In this document: piece after piece, positions 15,366-28,998 of the stretch
Position numbering within the stretch: position 1 is the stretch's first letter
How the letters are laid out: each line of letters begins with the position of its first letter
Assembly: GCA_000320545.1 (NCBI GenBank)
Contig: ADNK01000029.1
Coordinates: 124,001-188,000, forward strand
Reading direction: 5' to 3'
Length of the DNA: 64,000 bases
Source: Bigelowiella natans CCMP2755
Lineage: Eukaryota > Protista > Cercozoa
Notes under the pieces: model-generated
Told to the model about the DNA's origin: nothing
Seen by the model: the letters and a program-made list of their open reading frames with translations, nothing else
Databases searched by the model: none
Position numbers and translations under genes: made by a program

Positions 15366-16000
15366 GGATATAAAAAAAAACGGGGGGGGGGAGGGGGAGA
15401 AGAACGGTCATGGTATGCATCGGGTGAAATGATTGCACAAGTGGGTGGTGCTAACATCTGCATGCTTGCGTATGTGCGTGCGTCGTGTTGTGAGAGAATT
15501 GATTTCTCCTCGTTTCTTCCATTCAATCTGCTCCCCATCCATCAAGATTTGCGCACGTTTGCCAAGCCCGGTCGTTGAGTAGACACCCAGGGAATCCCAA
15601 ATTGTTCAGTCACTTCGCCATTACTAAGCTTCACTTCTATGGGTAGCAACTCAAACTAATTGTTGTCAAGATCTCCCAAAATCTTTCCTATCTCTGCAGC
15701 ACAGTCCTCCGATATGGAGGATTGTTATGATGTGAATTATGCATTTTCTTGTTGCGTCTCTGCTCTGCATTTCGTCATCTTTGTGCACATCTATCTTCAG
15801 GGGGAACCTATATGCTTGCACGGCACAGGGCACTGTCATCCTCTTCGGTGAGAGGGAGCTGTGGATTGTCTGATGATTTTCATGCAAAATCATCACCTAT
15901 ACCCTCGCTCGATCGACGGAAGTGATAGAATCGTAAGAATAGAACGGTAAAATTGCAGCTCACACATTTTTCTGAAAGCTGATATATAGCGGGGCTACTG

Positions 16001-16092
16001 TATGAGACGGATGTAATGTATGAATTAAAAATTTCACTGGCCATCCCAATGTAGCTATCTATCTAACTATGCAAAGCAGCGGCCACAGCGCT
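16001..16092 (+). repeat. Dispersed ~85-bp hairpin repeat, copy 1
   Basis: TATGAGACGGATGTAATG...TTTCACTGGCCATCCCAATGTAGCTA...TGCAAAGCAGCGGCCACAGCGCT matches the reverse complement of 38932-39013, apart from a short insertion. Confidence 0.85.
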
Positions 16093-17014
16093 TTAAGTAT
16101 GTTTGTTCATTTCTGTTGCGATGTCTTTCATGCATGAAAATGCGGTGCGGCGTGCACGTCGGGCTGCATGCGGGCTGCTGAAAGTCTCCTTCTATTCCAT
16201 TGACAGTCGTATGGAGCTGCTGTACATAATGGTATGTCTGCAAATGTTGCACTTGTCAAGAATTCGAAAAGAGACAATGACGATTACTTTCACGTACGTA
16301 CAGCTAGACAGGCACGATGATGTGAGCAGTGCGGCCTAGCTTGTTCACCGCGTTGCAGCTTGTGTGCTGCCTTCGCTTTTAGACTTAGCCGTGTTAGTGT
16401 GTGCTTCGCAAATGTGTGTTATGATGATGGTTGGCTCTATGTAGTCTGTATAGTTAGATAGGTACGTAGTCGTAGCAGCATAAAGGCCTTCAATGATCGA
16501 CACTAGTGCGTCCCTCTGATGCAAGGATATTTTAACTAGGTATGTAAATAAAGCGCTCGTAATAACCCGGCACGCGAATATGTGGCGTCACAGACTTACG
16601 CTGCTGTACATATCAACCTTGCTCAGAAGCGCACCAATCTAGCAATAGCTAGATAGCAACATGTTACGTAGTATACTTTTCAAAATATTTGTTGTTTTAG
16701 CTCGAGCAGTCAAGTAGTTTCTATTGACATATATAATTTACATTATTTTTGTCCCTGTGATGATGATGATGCTTGTTGCACGCGAACATGCCGTACTAAT
16801 GAGCTTGCTCAAGACATTTAGACTACAGAGCTAGGCATCATCAAATGAGTTGCAAGGTGATGGATTTGAGAAGATACCTAGAGGTGGCATATATAGTTGT
16901 TGCATTTAAAAGATCTGGTATTAATTTTATCGCGCAGAGACTCCGCTTAAACCAAGTGCTTCTATGCCAACGCACTGCAAATTATGCTGTGGGCAGGACG
17001 ACGACTCTTCCAGT

Positions 17015-17542
17015 CTACACTTTCTTCCTCCGTTTCGAGTTTGGCTGCTCACCTTTCAGCTCCTTCGTAAAGTAAAAATAATCAGGAAATCAAAGTTGCG
17101 ATCGGTTGTGCAAGTGTGACCACCTTTCGTCGTTTCTCCAGGAAAACTTGAAGAAAAGCAAGGTAGTTGTTGAATCCGAGTGCTCGCATGGAATCGATGA
17201 TATCGTTCCCTGTGATGGTTTTTCTATCATCCTTCGCTAACCGATCGCTGGCCTCGCTTGTGATAAATCCTATGAATTCAGTTACGCATTCTTGGATGCA
17301 GTCCTTTGCTTCTTTCGCAACCTTCGCGTTCGAAGGAAGGGCTTGTTTCATGATTCGACTGCAAAATTAAAAAATACAAATACAGTTTTTTAGCGGGGAT
17401 TGCCATTTTACTAGAGAGTTATTGACCTTATATTCGCAATAGGGAGAAGTCGATCTGGATTCGTCTGCGTTATTTGGGGGGCATTATTCGAAGAGGATGG
17501 CGCACGAGCGCCATGCTGCTGGTAGCGAAGGGGGGCTGCCAT
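17015..17542 (-). CDS. NFYB: Nuclear transcription factor Y subunit B (HAP3/CBF-A) histone-fold protein, 3 exons
   Basis: MAAPLRYQ...[72 protein letters not shown]...[20 protein letters not shown]. Canonical NF-YB motif with GT-AG introns. Confidence 0.93.
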
Positions 17543-17927
17543 GTCGCTTCTTCTTCCGCTAGAAGATGGTTCAATTTAGGTGAGCAAGCTACTCGTTATG
17601 GTGCATGTATATACAAGAAGGTCTCCGTGCGTGAGATGAGGCGTCCACCGACACGCAGGCAGGCCAAAGCAGGGAAGTAGGGTATGCCACGCGTGGAGGG
17701 GGACTGGTGGTGGGTATGAGGTTGTCTGGTGCTGTTCCCGGCTGGATTTGCCTTCTATTTTCACGAATTAAGGGTTGTCGCAGGGAATAAATCGCAAATG
17801 AAATGGATCATAATTACCACCTGCGACAAAGAAGAACGAACAACGGAAAGCAGCATTTTCGCCCCTCCTCCCTCCCCCTCCCTTCCTCTCTGCTTCCCTC
17901 CCTCTCCAGTGCCGTTGGAACGGAGCC
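17543..17927. promoter_or_regulatory. Putative bidirectional promoter (NF-YB / TPR gene)
   Basis: Only 385 bp separates the divergent start codons. Called by position only. Confidence 0.55.
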
Positions 17928-19674
17928 ATGGAGAAGAAGGGCGTCCAAGAATTTATTAGCACTGGTGCCATACCACGAACGATGGCGACGGCTATGCCTT
18001 TGGCCTCACCAGTAAGTCCTGGCGCATCAGTTGGAGCTGACAACAACAACCCGGTTGCGAGGACAGTCGCGCTGAACAAGGTAACTGCTGCTGCTCACGG
18101 GTCTCCGCACATTGTGAAGTACGCACTCCTTTCTTGTGTGTGTAGGCAACAATGAGGAGCTTGTTCAATATCTCCAACAGAATGGCGAAGAAGGTGCGAT
18201 ATGATACTCCTCAAACTTGAAAAACAACCATCATGACAAACACAATATACTGTATCTACGTTTCAGACGCAGTTCCATTATCTTCTGGGGATACAATATT
18301 TACGCTTCGGACACAGCGTGTTGGTATGTGGCTCTTTCTGCAAATGTGAAAGTTGCTGGGCGTCCTCATCAAATGCATCTAACAATGATATATTCAGGCT
18401 AAGGATCATCTAAAAACGGCTTTGGATGGGTACAGCCCTGCGGCGGATATCTGCCCACAGCAGTTTCAAAATATCACCGAGACCAAGGTGCCTGCACTCA
18501 CTCTCCGGAGGGAGAGGGTGGTGCTATTAATTTTGATTTTAATTTTGATTGATATTGATTGACAGCTCTAACGATAAATGATTACACAGATGAACTTGGC
18601 GTATGCACAGTCGCTGTACGACTTTGCGGCATCCAGCCGTGTCACTGCTCCTGGTACAGGCAGGTCGAGAATAGAGGCAGCAGGAGGATACATGGGAGGA
18701 AGCAAAGGAACAGCCCCCACAGGCTCCCCAGGCGAAAATAAACACAGGCCGCAGCAACTTCGACCTGTAGTGAAAGTGGAAGGGAAGAGTGGAGGAATGC
18801 AGCAAACTGGGACACAGGAAGATGTGTATGAGTCAGGAGTATTTGTAGATCGGCCGGGTGCTCCTGTACCTGAGGAAGTCATCAAGAAAGCCATTGACGA
18901 TGCAAAATCAGTTCTAATGGAGTTAGTCTCGGTAGCATAAACAGCTGCAGTCTTGAACGCAATTTTCCAAAGAGTGACGAACACACCACCAATGATATGT
19001 TGCTGTCGTTGTTGCTGCTACTGCTGCTGTTTCGCACAGAATAATAGCACAAGGGCAGAATGCTGGAACCATCTCGGTCGGCTGCTATTCAATGAAAACG
19101 AACCTGCTGTGGCTAGAATGGTCCTTTGTCAATTGCCATCTTTCCCCCTCCCCACTATGCAACTTTCACAGTGCACGAGTAACGTATACGCGAAAACCAG
19201 AGCGAGAAAGGAAGGGGGAGCGGGGGAAGGGGGAGGAAGGAAGACAAATATCGAAAAATGTATATAGACGTTCATTCTCGTACTCAGGCCTTCGAGCACA
19301 TTATAAACTCTTTTCCCGGAAATGACGACCTGGACAACAATCTCGGCTTTCTTCGGATACTCACCAATTCCCTCACAAAGGTAGGTTCGTTCATCCATTG
19401 GGCGATTTTTAAGCAAACCGGTGTTATAATTCTGATTGATACGTTCGCCATCCATGCGAAAAGAGAAGGGCACATGAGAGTTAACAATTTGTGTTGTCGT
19501 ATGTCCTCTCGTGAATGAATCTGCGTAACGCTGCTGCACAGGCTAAGAAGAACTTTGAGTACATTTTGGAGAGAAATCCTACGCATATGGATGCTCTCAA
19601 CAACTATGCCGCAATTCTTCTGCAGGATAACAGTAATGATGTTTCAAAGTTCCATTTCCTCTTGCTCGTCTTTT

Positions 19675-19715
<41 letters not shown>

Positions 19716-20294
19716 ACACACATTTATTTATGTGTGAATGTAAAATATAAATATGTAATATGTATACCATGCATTCTTGATGCAGTATATGTGTCTGAAT
19801 GAGCGGTTTGCATATATGGTTGATCATCCAGAATTCCACGAGGCACGGATACTCCTTGGGCTCGGTTTGAAGCAGAATCAAGTGAGAAACTTTTGTTCAA
19901 AATAATCGTTGACCACTAGCAATTTTCCATCATCATCATCATCATCATCATCATCTTAACCATCATCACATCGTCGTCATTATCGTCATCGTCATCATCT
20001 TATTATTGTCAGTCTGAGCCACATATGTGGAATTCCCTGGCGATCTCGTACCTGATGCAGCATCAACACACACAAGCAAGGAGTTGCATAGACGAAGTAA
20101 GTACCGAGCTCACTCTCGATATATGTATATATATATATATATATATATTGTGAACGACTATTGATTCTCAGCTTTTTGCTGATGTGGTTCATAGGCGCGC
20201 AAGACCGCGAAGTTTCATACAGGGGCACAGTGGAGCATTCGGTAATAGTAATGATGATATCATCCTTTGTGCTACTACTCTGTCCTCGATCAGT

Positions 20295-20327
<33 letters not shown>

Positions 20328-21666
20328 CATCTCTCTGCCGTAGATACGACGTTGCTGCTGTACCGTGTTAGAGGAAGAGAGAGGGAGGAGTGTGGAAAAG
20401 GAAGAACCACGAGTGATCTTATCGAAAGTGAGAAAGTAATGCGACATTGCTGTCCAATCTGAATCAGATTCACCACTGCGAATTACCTCCTAAACGTGCT
20501 GCGATCCCGCGAAAAGTCAATAGACAGGCATGACTGCATCAAGGGAGCTCAGAATCTTCTGGAGTCGGTGTTGCAGTATGAAGAGACCTCGGACGTGCAC
20601 GTTGCTCTGTCGAAGCTGTACCAAGCGAGGCGCCAGGAGCTGATGAGAGACGTCTTCATGAAGAGGAGACGGTTGCAGCAAAGGCCGAGCAGTATGTGCT
20701 CTAGTAGCTCCGATGATGAATTCAAGGAGGACAGGGCCAAAGCAGAGGCTTGGGGTCAGAAAAGGGAAGATCATCTCGTGAAGGCGGTGCAGATGGATCG
20801 CTTGAATAGACATGCGTGGAACGAGTTGGGCCTGTTGTTCTTGGAGAGGGGGGTTCTTGATAAGGCAATTACGTACTTTAAAGAGGCCGTGTACCTTGAT
20901 CGGAATCAATGTGCCGTGTGGATAAATCTGGGAGTCGCTTACCATCTTGCCGGACACCTTGAAGAGACAAAAAGGTACATCATCGTGCGTGCGTGCGTGC
21001 GCGCATATTTTAATGTCTCTTCCCATTCCTATATTATTCAGCAGCATATTAATGCGGGTATTTTCACAGTTTTATTGTTCATTTTCTTCCCCATCTTTCA
21101 TAAATAAATAAATGTGGCTACATACGTACAGGGTATTAGAGAGAGCTCTGCAACTGGATCCAACATCCGTGGAGGCTCGGAACAACCTCGCAAACCTCTA
21201 CAAGAAGCAAGGAGAGGTAATAATTTCCATTTATATCCCCATCCCCCAACCTTACATGTCACTGTTCAGTTGCAAAAAGCCAAGAACGAGTACATCAAGT
21301 GCCTCAGTGATCTCAGCGCTAGCCTCAGAGTTCATAATCAAGGACTCGAACGCACTACTCAAGCCGCTGGAATACCAATACGTCCAAAGGAGGAGCTGGA
21401 ATATCAAATAGCGCAGACTCACAACAACCTTGCCCTGGTTCGACAAGTTGCTTGTATGTATTTTTGTTGTTGTAACGACCGAAATTGTGTGCCAAATACC
21501 TCAGGTTTTCATACGAGAGGGGAACTTCAAAAGTGCTATGCAAAATCTACAAATGGCTGAGCGACATGCACCTTTGACTTGTGTCAAGAAAAACAGGGAG
21601 AAACTGAATAAGCTGATACAAGGCGAATCTGGTGGGGGAGTAGGAACAGAGAACAAAAATGGTTAA
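17928..21666 (+). CDS. Tetratricopeptide-repeat (TPR) protein, multi-exon
   Basis: TPR-like helices across exons: AECWNHLGRLLF, DLDNNLGFL, DALNNYAAIL, HAWNELGLLFLERGVLDKAITYFKEAV, AVWINLGVAYHLAG, EARNNLANLYKKQG, AQTHNNLAL. Consistent GT-AG introns. Stop at 21664-21666. Confidence 0.85.
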
Positions 21667-22367
21667 GCTTGAACAACACATTCATTGTGCACGTATCTAG
21701 CCAGTTCATAAGTAATGCAGACTATAAGACAATGTTGAGTAGATAGTTCCCACGAAGCGTCATGCATGTTGACAGATCGCGTCATGATGACTCAATGATG
21801 CACACACATGCATGATTCAATGCTACATGGTGCACAACATCTTGAGCATGATTTTGTTACGGTTCCTAAGAGCATAGCTAGATAGGCACGTGCTAGGTAA
21901 GAAGTCAGAGTAGCATGCTAGCATGGTCGCGCACGCTAGCACGCCTGCATCGCACACACAGTGAAACTCTAGCTGGAATTCAGATCGAAAGAGAAATCAT
22001 CTACGCGATTGAGCATAGATTCTCCTGCGCAACCAATCAGAAGCGACGCGCCAGAGATAGTGCCAGTAGTAGTTTCTTGTTGCATGCTAGCATGCGCTGC
22101 CTAGCTGGGATCCGTCATGTTTGTAGTCCAGACAGGCTCTATAGATAGGTGGGTACATAGCAGCTTTCTACTAGCACGCATCTAGTATCTGTAATGTATC
22201 GCAGCGTCAGGCATGCACATAAATGGTATTAGAGCTTGCTTTGAGGTATAATGAACAGCGAAATATTACACTACTTGTAACTCTAACTGGAAGCTACGAT
22301 AGGCAAATAATTTTTGCGCAGTTTGTAAATTATTGTGAGTCGATCCTCAAAAGCCCTTTTGAATTAT

Positions 22368-22985
22368 TCACGCCTTTGAATTTCCAGCCTTGAAGGCGAC
22401 ACGCCATGAACGTAGATCTTCAGCGAGCTCTGATAAAATACTGAACTCAGTGCTTGTTCTAGGGTTTGATCAGTAATATTCATGGTTTCATACCAGGAGA
22501 GAGAGGTGCGTTGTGCTTCTCAAAGATGCCAATCAGCGCTTTACGAGCTTCAGTGACAGCCTTCGGGTTCTGAAAGTAGAAAGTGGTTGAAGAGAGAGAA
22601 TGAAATTTACATGTTTTATTGTATCACCGTGATCGATTCCTGCTGAGCTTGAACCTTTTTCAACATTCTGAAAAGAATTGGCTGTGAGCTAATCTATAAA
22701 CATTCCCATACCTGCAGTAACTAATATTCATCCTCTTTATATATATTGCAGGAATTCTTTCTAACTATTTGTAGATTTTTTTCCCGTATCATAATCTCGG
22801 AACAAAGCCCACATAGAGTACCGACACCTTTGCATCATTTCCGCCTCATGCTGGGTGAACCATAGCTCCTCAGCAGCATGACCACGATCCTTGAAGCTAT
22901 CTCCTGAAAACCTTCGCATAGCTACTGCAGGGCGGAAGGATGCGCGTTGGATTCGTGGGAGAGCGCGTAGGGCTGATCGTAACAT
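22368..22985 (-). CDS. Mitochondrial F1Fo ATPase inhibitor IF1-like protein, 4 exons
   Basis: Arg-rich presequence MLRSALRALPRIQRASFRPAVAMRRFS followed by an IF1-like core GDSFKDRGHAAEELWFTQHEAEMMQR/MLKKVQAQQ. Last exon ELAEDLRSWRVAFKAGNSKA*. Confidence 0.7.
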
Positions 22986-23659
22986 CGTGATACTTTGAGT
23001 AGTGGGTAGTGGGTATGTGTGAAATCTTCACCTGGGGACCAATGATACGAAAAAGGGGTCTATTTTATCAGAACGACAACGAAAAATAAGGTAGTCGTCG
23101 TATTAGCTCCAAGTTTAGACCTGCTCGAGAGGACATTTGACATGCAAGGAATGTCCCAAAAATCAGTGGAGATTCACGGCTCCTTCGTATCAGACTTCGA
23201 AAATTGCAGTGTCCTTCGATCATTTTTTTCTCAAAGTTAGACTTAATCTGCTTTAGCCGGGTAAAATTTTCAAAATTTGTGGAACCGGATCGAAATTTTT
23301 TGGGATATTTCCTCATCAGGATTTCTGGATTTCCATTGATCTATGGATTTCCTGATTTCATCGGCATTTTTGCTGCACATGCATTTCGGGGCATTTGTTA
23401 CCAAATTCACGGATGTTTGATGTCTGTCGCAGGAAAGGAATCAATGGGATTCAAGCCATACGCCAACATAAACTCGAATAATAATGCAGTCCAGCCGCAC
23501 ATCAGACAGTCCAAACTTCCTTGTATTTCAACACGATGGCTCGAAATTTCTAGGAAATGTCTTCCTAGATGATTGTCGCAGGGTATGAAACGCATTGCAA
23601 AGTTGTCTACGTGATACATCACCCGATCGTCATTTGAACGAGCCCCCCCGAAAAGGCCA
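22986..23659. promoter_or_regulatory. Putative bidirectional promoter (IF1-like / METAP1)
   Basis: 674 bp between divergent start codons, with dense AAATTT and GGATTTC words at 23200-23410. Confidence 0.5.
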
Positions 23660-25461
23660 ATGGTGGGTGAGGAGAAGAATTCTGCGGAGGTGACCGCGAA
23701 GGAGCCTGCTAAACAAAGGTCAGAAGAGGCGAAAAGCGATACCAGAAAGCCCACTTCTGGATTCTGCGCAAAGCAGGGATGTGGCAAAGTAGCGACGCTT
23801 CAGTGCCCAAAGGTATCATCGCAAGTGCAGCTATGAGGCTCATGAGGTTTAAGTGTTTACCAATTTATAACCAGTGTTTGAAACTTGGGTTGCCGAGCAC
23901 ATATTTCTGCGACAAAACTTGTTTCAAGGATGCTTGGAATGCGCACAAAGCTGTCCACAAAGGTAGAAACAAGCCCGCAACATGTAAGCATGTAGGTAAA
24001 CTTACACCGGCAATCTTTGTTTGCTACCAACCGTCGTCCGTAGAAGCAGCACTCCGGCTTGCATTCAAACCCCCTCCGTTCAACTATACTGGAAAGCTTA
24101 GACCTCACTATGTAACGCCGATGCGGAAAGTGCCCGCACACATTAAGAAACCCGATTATGCAGATACCGGTAAACCACCAAATTTCTTTTCCTGTATACG
24201 GCAGGCAGATATCGCTGTGAGAGGAATGATCCGGTTTCAATAAATACTTTGCGTACGCATTGCATATTGTACGTAAATTCAATTATGCATTGTGTTCTCA
24301 CTTACTAGGTAAGCCCGTATCAGAAAACACTCCAGCCAGAGATAAGATCGTCATTCACACAAAGGAGCAAATCAAGGTGGGTAGGCCATTGTAGGAACAG
24401 ATGCTGTGGTGATTTATCAGTTGGGAAGGAGACCGTGTCATCTGCTTTTTTAATATTTCTAACGGGAATACCATGAGTTAAAACATAAAATGAACCAAAA
24501 AAAACTAATGGTGGCCATACTATGATCTTCGACGCAAATCAGCGTATCCGTCATATATGCAAAATCGGAAGAGAGGTTCTCGATTTAGCCGGCCAAATGG
24601 TGAAACCTGGAGTCACTACCGAAGCAATAGATGCGAAGGTGTGGTAGTGATTTTCCAATTATATGTGAGCGGTCTTTGATGACGATGTAAGGCATGATCT
24701 CAAAATACGCGCGCGCGTGTGTGTGTGTGTGTTGATGATGAAGAAGGCGATGCTGAGTGATAATTATTGCGAAAATCGTTCATTTATATACTCACCTCTG
24801 GTTGATCCGATATCTGGAAATACGACTATTCTCATCGCCGCCATTGTTCAGGTTCATGAATGGAGTATCGAGCGTGGCGCATATCCATCTCCACTCAACT
24901 ATCATTTCTTTCCTAAATCTTGTTGCACTTCTCCCAACGAGGTTTGCTAGCGTGTTAATGTAGAGCGATAAGTAAACCATTAACAGTCCTCCAACCGCTT
25001 TCTCAGCAGTGTTACTACTACGATCATTGTCGCATACAGTGAGACGACTGCACCTTTACATTCATAAAATCGAAGCACCGAAAAACGATGCGTGAATTTC
25101 CATTAGGTGATCTGCCACGGGATCCCAGATGCCAGGCCGCTCGAAGATGGCGATATCGTTAACATAGACATCAGTGTTTACAAAAGTCAGTTCAACCTGG
25201 ATGCTCTCGAAACCCTGCTATTTGTAACATATCTCCCATGACGCATATTCTTCTTCGGTCTTTGATGCGGTGCTGTGTAGACGGATTTCACGGCGACTTG
25301 AACGAAACCTTTTTGGTTGGTAATGTGGACGACGAGTCAAAGCACTTAGTGAAGACTACCTACGACAGTCTCATGTTGGCCATCAAGGTAATGTGTGTGT
25401 GGATCGCATCGCGCGCATGATTTCAAGAAGACCAGTGTGCTTGTGTGTTTGTGTGAGAGAG

Positions 25462-25508
<47 letters not shown>

Positions 25509-26583
25509 CGGGGTGGTTAAGAGAAAATTAACAATTTTATCTAAATAATAAGGCATGCAAGCCTGGCATGTTCGTCCGTGATTTTGGAAAGATAATAAGC
25601 AAACACTGCAATAAGCGCAGACTTTCTGTCGTGCGAAGGTAACTAAGATTGTCCGCACCCATCTTCCATCGCGCTAGGAATATAGCACGCTCCTTCGTAT
25701 TATCGTTAGTTTGTGATATTTTCCCCCCATCCTCTCGGGTCTCTGTGTTATATTTCATTGAAGCATTTTTCCTTGCACACGCGCACACCTGCTGGACTAA
25801 ATTCTGAGCCTTCGCTCGTCATCCATAAAAAGAATTTCCAACGACGTTTAGTGGAAGCGTGAAAATGCACGTTGTGGCAAGGAAGATGATGTTGCGCCTA
25901 TTTACTGTAAACATGGGAGAGATTCTTCTGTCTCGTTATCATCCTATGGGCGGTCGGTCCCTCGCATCTTTGTTGATGATGTGTGACCTTGTGGCTTATG
26001 ATCAGTTACTGCGGACATGGCATTGGGGAGATGTTCCATTGCGCACCAAACGTGCCGCACTATTCCAAGAACAAGGCCATTGGCATCTGCAAGCCGGGGA
26101 TGGTGTTCACGATAGAGCCGATGATCAACATCAGTCAGTATCCAATGTCGTTAGTAGGAATTATTTACTTGTTGAAAAAGAAGAATATATGAAATTCAGA
26201 AAGATGGATGCGCTACGTGATACGAGATGATATCCTTTCGAAAGAAACGACTTTTAGATTCAGCACGTGTTCCCTGGTTATGCCCGCTGCTGCACCTAAT
26301 TCGCTTTAACATTATTTATCTTCATTTTTCGATCCATAGGATCTTTTCGGGACAAAACGTGGCCTGACGGGTGGACCTCTGTCACTGCTGATGGATTGAG
26401 ATCTGCGCAATTCGAGCACACATTGCTTGTTACCGAGACTGGATGCGAGGTTGATTACTGCATGGATGTCGTTGAGATATTATTTCCTGACTAAATGACC
26501 CATGCATCTAGGTTCTTACAGCGAGGACGAAAAATTCTGTCCCTTTTCACTGGGAAAAGGAAGAACAGAAAGCAAAGTCATAA
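23660..26583 (+). CDS. METAP1: Methionine aminopeptidase 1 (eukaryotic type with N-terminal zinc finger)
   Basis: [44 protein letters not shown] zinc finger; [29 protein letters not shown]; GDIVNIDIS; [10 protein letters not shown]; YCGHGIG; FTIEPMIN; [11 protein letters not shown]; ends VLTART...AKS* at 26583. Confidence 0.96.
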
Positions 26584-27513
26584 TAATTTGCTGGAGAAAA
26601 GCATTCTGTTCACTGTTGTCGCGTAATTTCATTTAGAAGCTAGGAATTTAGTTGTATTCCATTTTTTTGTGAAATATGTTAATGAAATAACATCTGCTAG
26701 TCTGGATGGACGAGACCGCAGTGCATGTTTAGCAGATAGAATGCAATAATTAGTATGGTTAAATGGTACCAACATCTGCTTATGACGATTCAGCTAGTCA
26801 GCTATATGCGTTTGTCGCATGCAATCGAGCTATATTTTGACTAGTCTACTAGACGCACCGCGGCACTCTAGCACTGCTAGACTGTACAAATCATGCACAT
26901 GTGCGCTATGTGCTATGTATCCGTGACGCCTAGCTAGCTAGTGGACCTTCGAAGCCGCACACGAAAACACGAAAAGGACTATATTTTTTCTGCATGATGG
27001 GCATGTTGTCTAAGGTGTAGCAAAATCGCCGCTGGCACCCGGTTTATTTGTGAGAAGCTACGGCAAAGCCTAAGGCTAAAAGCGCGCGCACTACTAGTTT
27101 AAACTGTGAAGCTGGCTGATGAATGGTACCATTGTGCATTTAGACATGGCGACGGGCGTATGGCTCGCTAGCCCTCTACATCTAGATATATGCAGCTGGC
27201 ACGCTTGCTAGCTTGTACCGAATTATTTACTGCAGGCCTCCGGGACAGCCGCCGCCTACTACTACCACTCTTGCCCATTCTCCTGATACCCTTTAATGCA
27301 CCAAATTGGTGCGCACGCATGTTTTCGTTGGCTAGTCATTACTTCCTTTTTCAGGCTCTTTTATTGAAGAAGGTTCTATGAACACACACTTCCTTTTAAT
27401 CTGAAGATCCGAATGATTCAGTATTGCTTGCTGTATTGACGCCTTAACGCTAGATACGGGGGAATACCAACCAAACAGTTAACAATCTTGCAGACTATTC
27501 AACTATCAAAAAG

Positions 27514-27549
<36 letters not shown>

Positions 27550-27641
27550 TTTTTCTATCAGACAGGTAAAATACACATATGATCGAAATGCAATTAGATT
27601 ACACTACATCACTTATGCCAACGGGTTACGCGTAGCTGCAA

Positions 27642-28950
27642 CTATACCTGTTTCTCCTCACTGATTGCTACGTATTCTGCATACAGACTAGCGATACGAA
27701 TCTTCGCCTCCTCAAGAACGGCTTCCAAGTTAACTTTCTCAGGATTATAGCCGTTGAGAAGTCTGCTCTCTACCCACCACTCAGAAAATCCTTTTCCAAA
27801 GGCAAACCACTCTTCCCAGAGCTACATTTTTGAACAAAGGAAAGACAGCAATCAGATAATATGTGAAACAGGAGACTTTGGGGAATATTATTTATCGCCC
27901 ACCTCGCTACAGCCTGGGACGTGAGTCAACTTTCTGCATCCTTTGTAGATCCGATCCTGAATGTTGTCAATAATCAGTTTGGGGGGGGGGGGGCAGTGCA
28001 TCTACTGATCTTAGCCTCCTCCTTCCTCTTCTTCTACAACAACTACGAGAAATACTACCCTAGTTACTCCTAGCACATGATTGAGCGACTTGGAACCAAT
28101 GGCTGCTTTCTTTTGATTCTTTTTTTTGGATCCAGACTTGGCTAGTAGCTTTTCTTTCGAAGGGGGAAATTCCTTGATCTCCCCTCTACGCAGAGGACCA
28201 AACAGACCTCCTTTCAAGTTTTCCCGTAAACGCCTGATGGTTAAATTCGTAATATCAGTTGAGAATTGTTCTTTCTGCAGTAGAGAGCCCCCCCTGCCAG
28301 CCCTTCAGTGCTCTCCTTCCTCTGGCGATGTAATTACCTACGGATGACGTACTCTGAAGACTTCACTTTGACTAAGCCAATAACCTGCAGGACATATAGA
28401 AGCGTTTGCATCATCATCATCATCATCATCATCATCTCCATCCCTGTTGCTCTTTTGCCTATCACCCAACTAGATTCGGATATGAACAGTCGTTATGTAC
28501 GATGTCGCAAGGTAACAGATACCGCATCTGATTTCGCATCTGTGAGGTATAGAACAGCGCCTTCAGTATTGGGCATATCACGAATCTCGTTGACAACTCC
28601 CTCGAGCTCTGATTCCATATAAGTAAAATAAGTAAAACGCAAAAAGCACTAATTTTCGGCCACTTTAGGGAGGTGGTAGCAGCTAACCATATCAATACAT
28701 AAATAAATAAATAAATATATATATATATATATATATACAGACTACACTCACGGATTCACATCAAACGAAGGGGAGAACGAGGAGAACGCAACCTTGAATC
28801 GTATGCTGCTTGAAATATACATGACCGATGTACTTCTTGCCGTCCAGTTTATACCCCCCCGAAGCTGCGATTGATACGGATTGGGAAAAAGTCATTTCGA
28901 CGCTGCACATCCATGTCTTCACACAAATACTCGTTGGGTTTGCAACAGTC

Positions 28951-28998
<48 letters not shown>

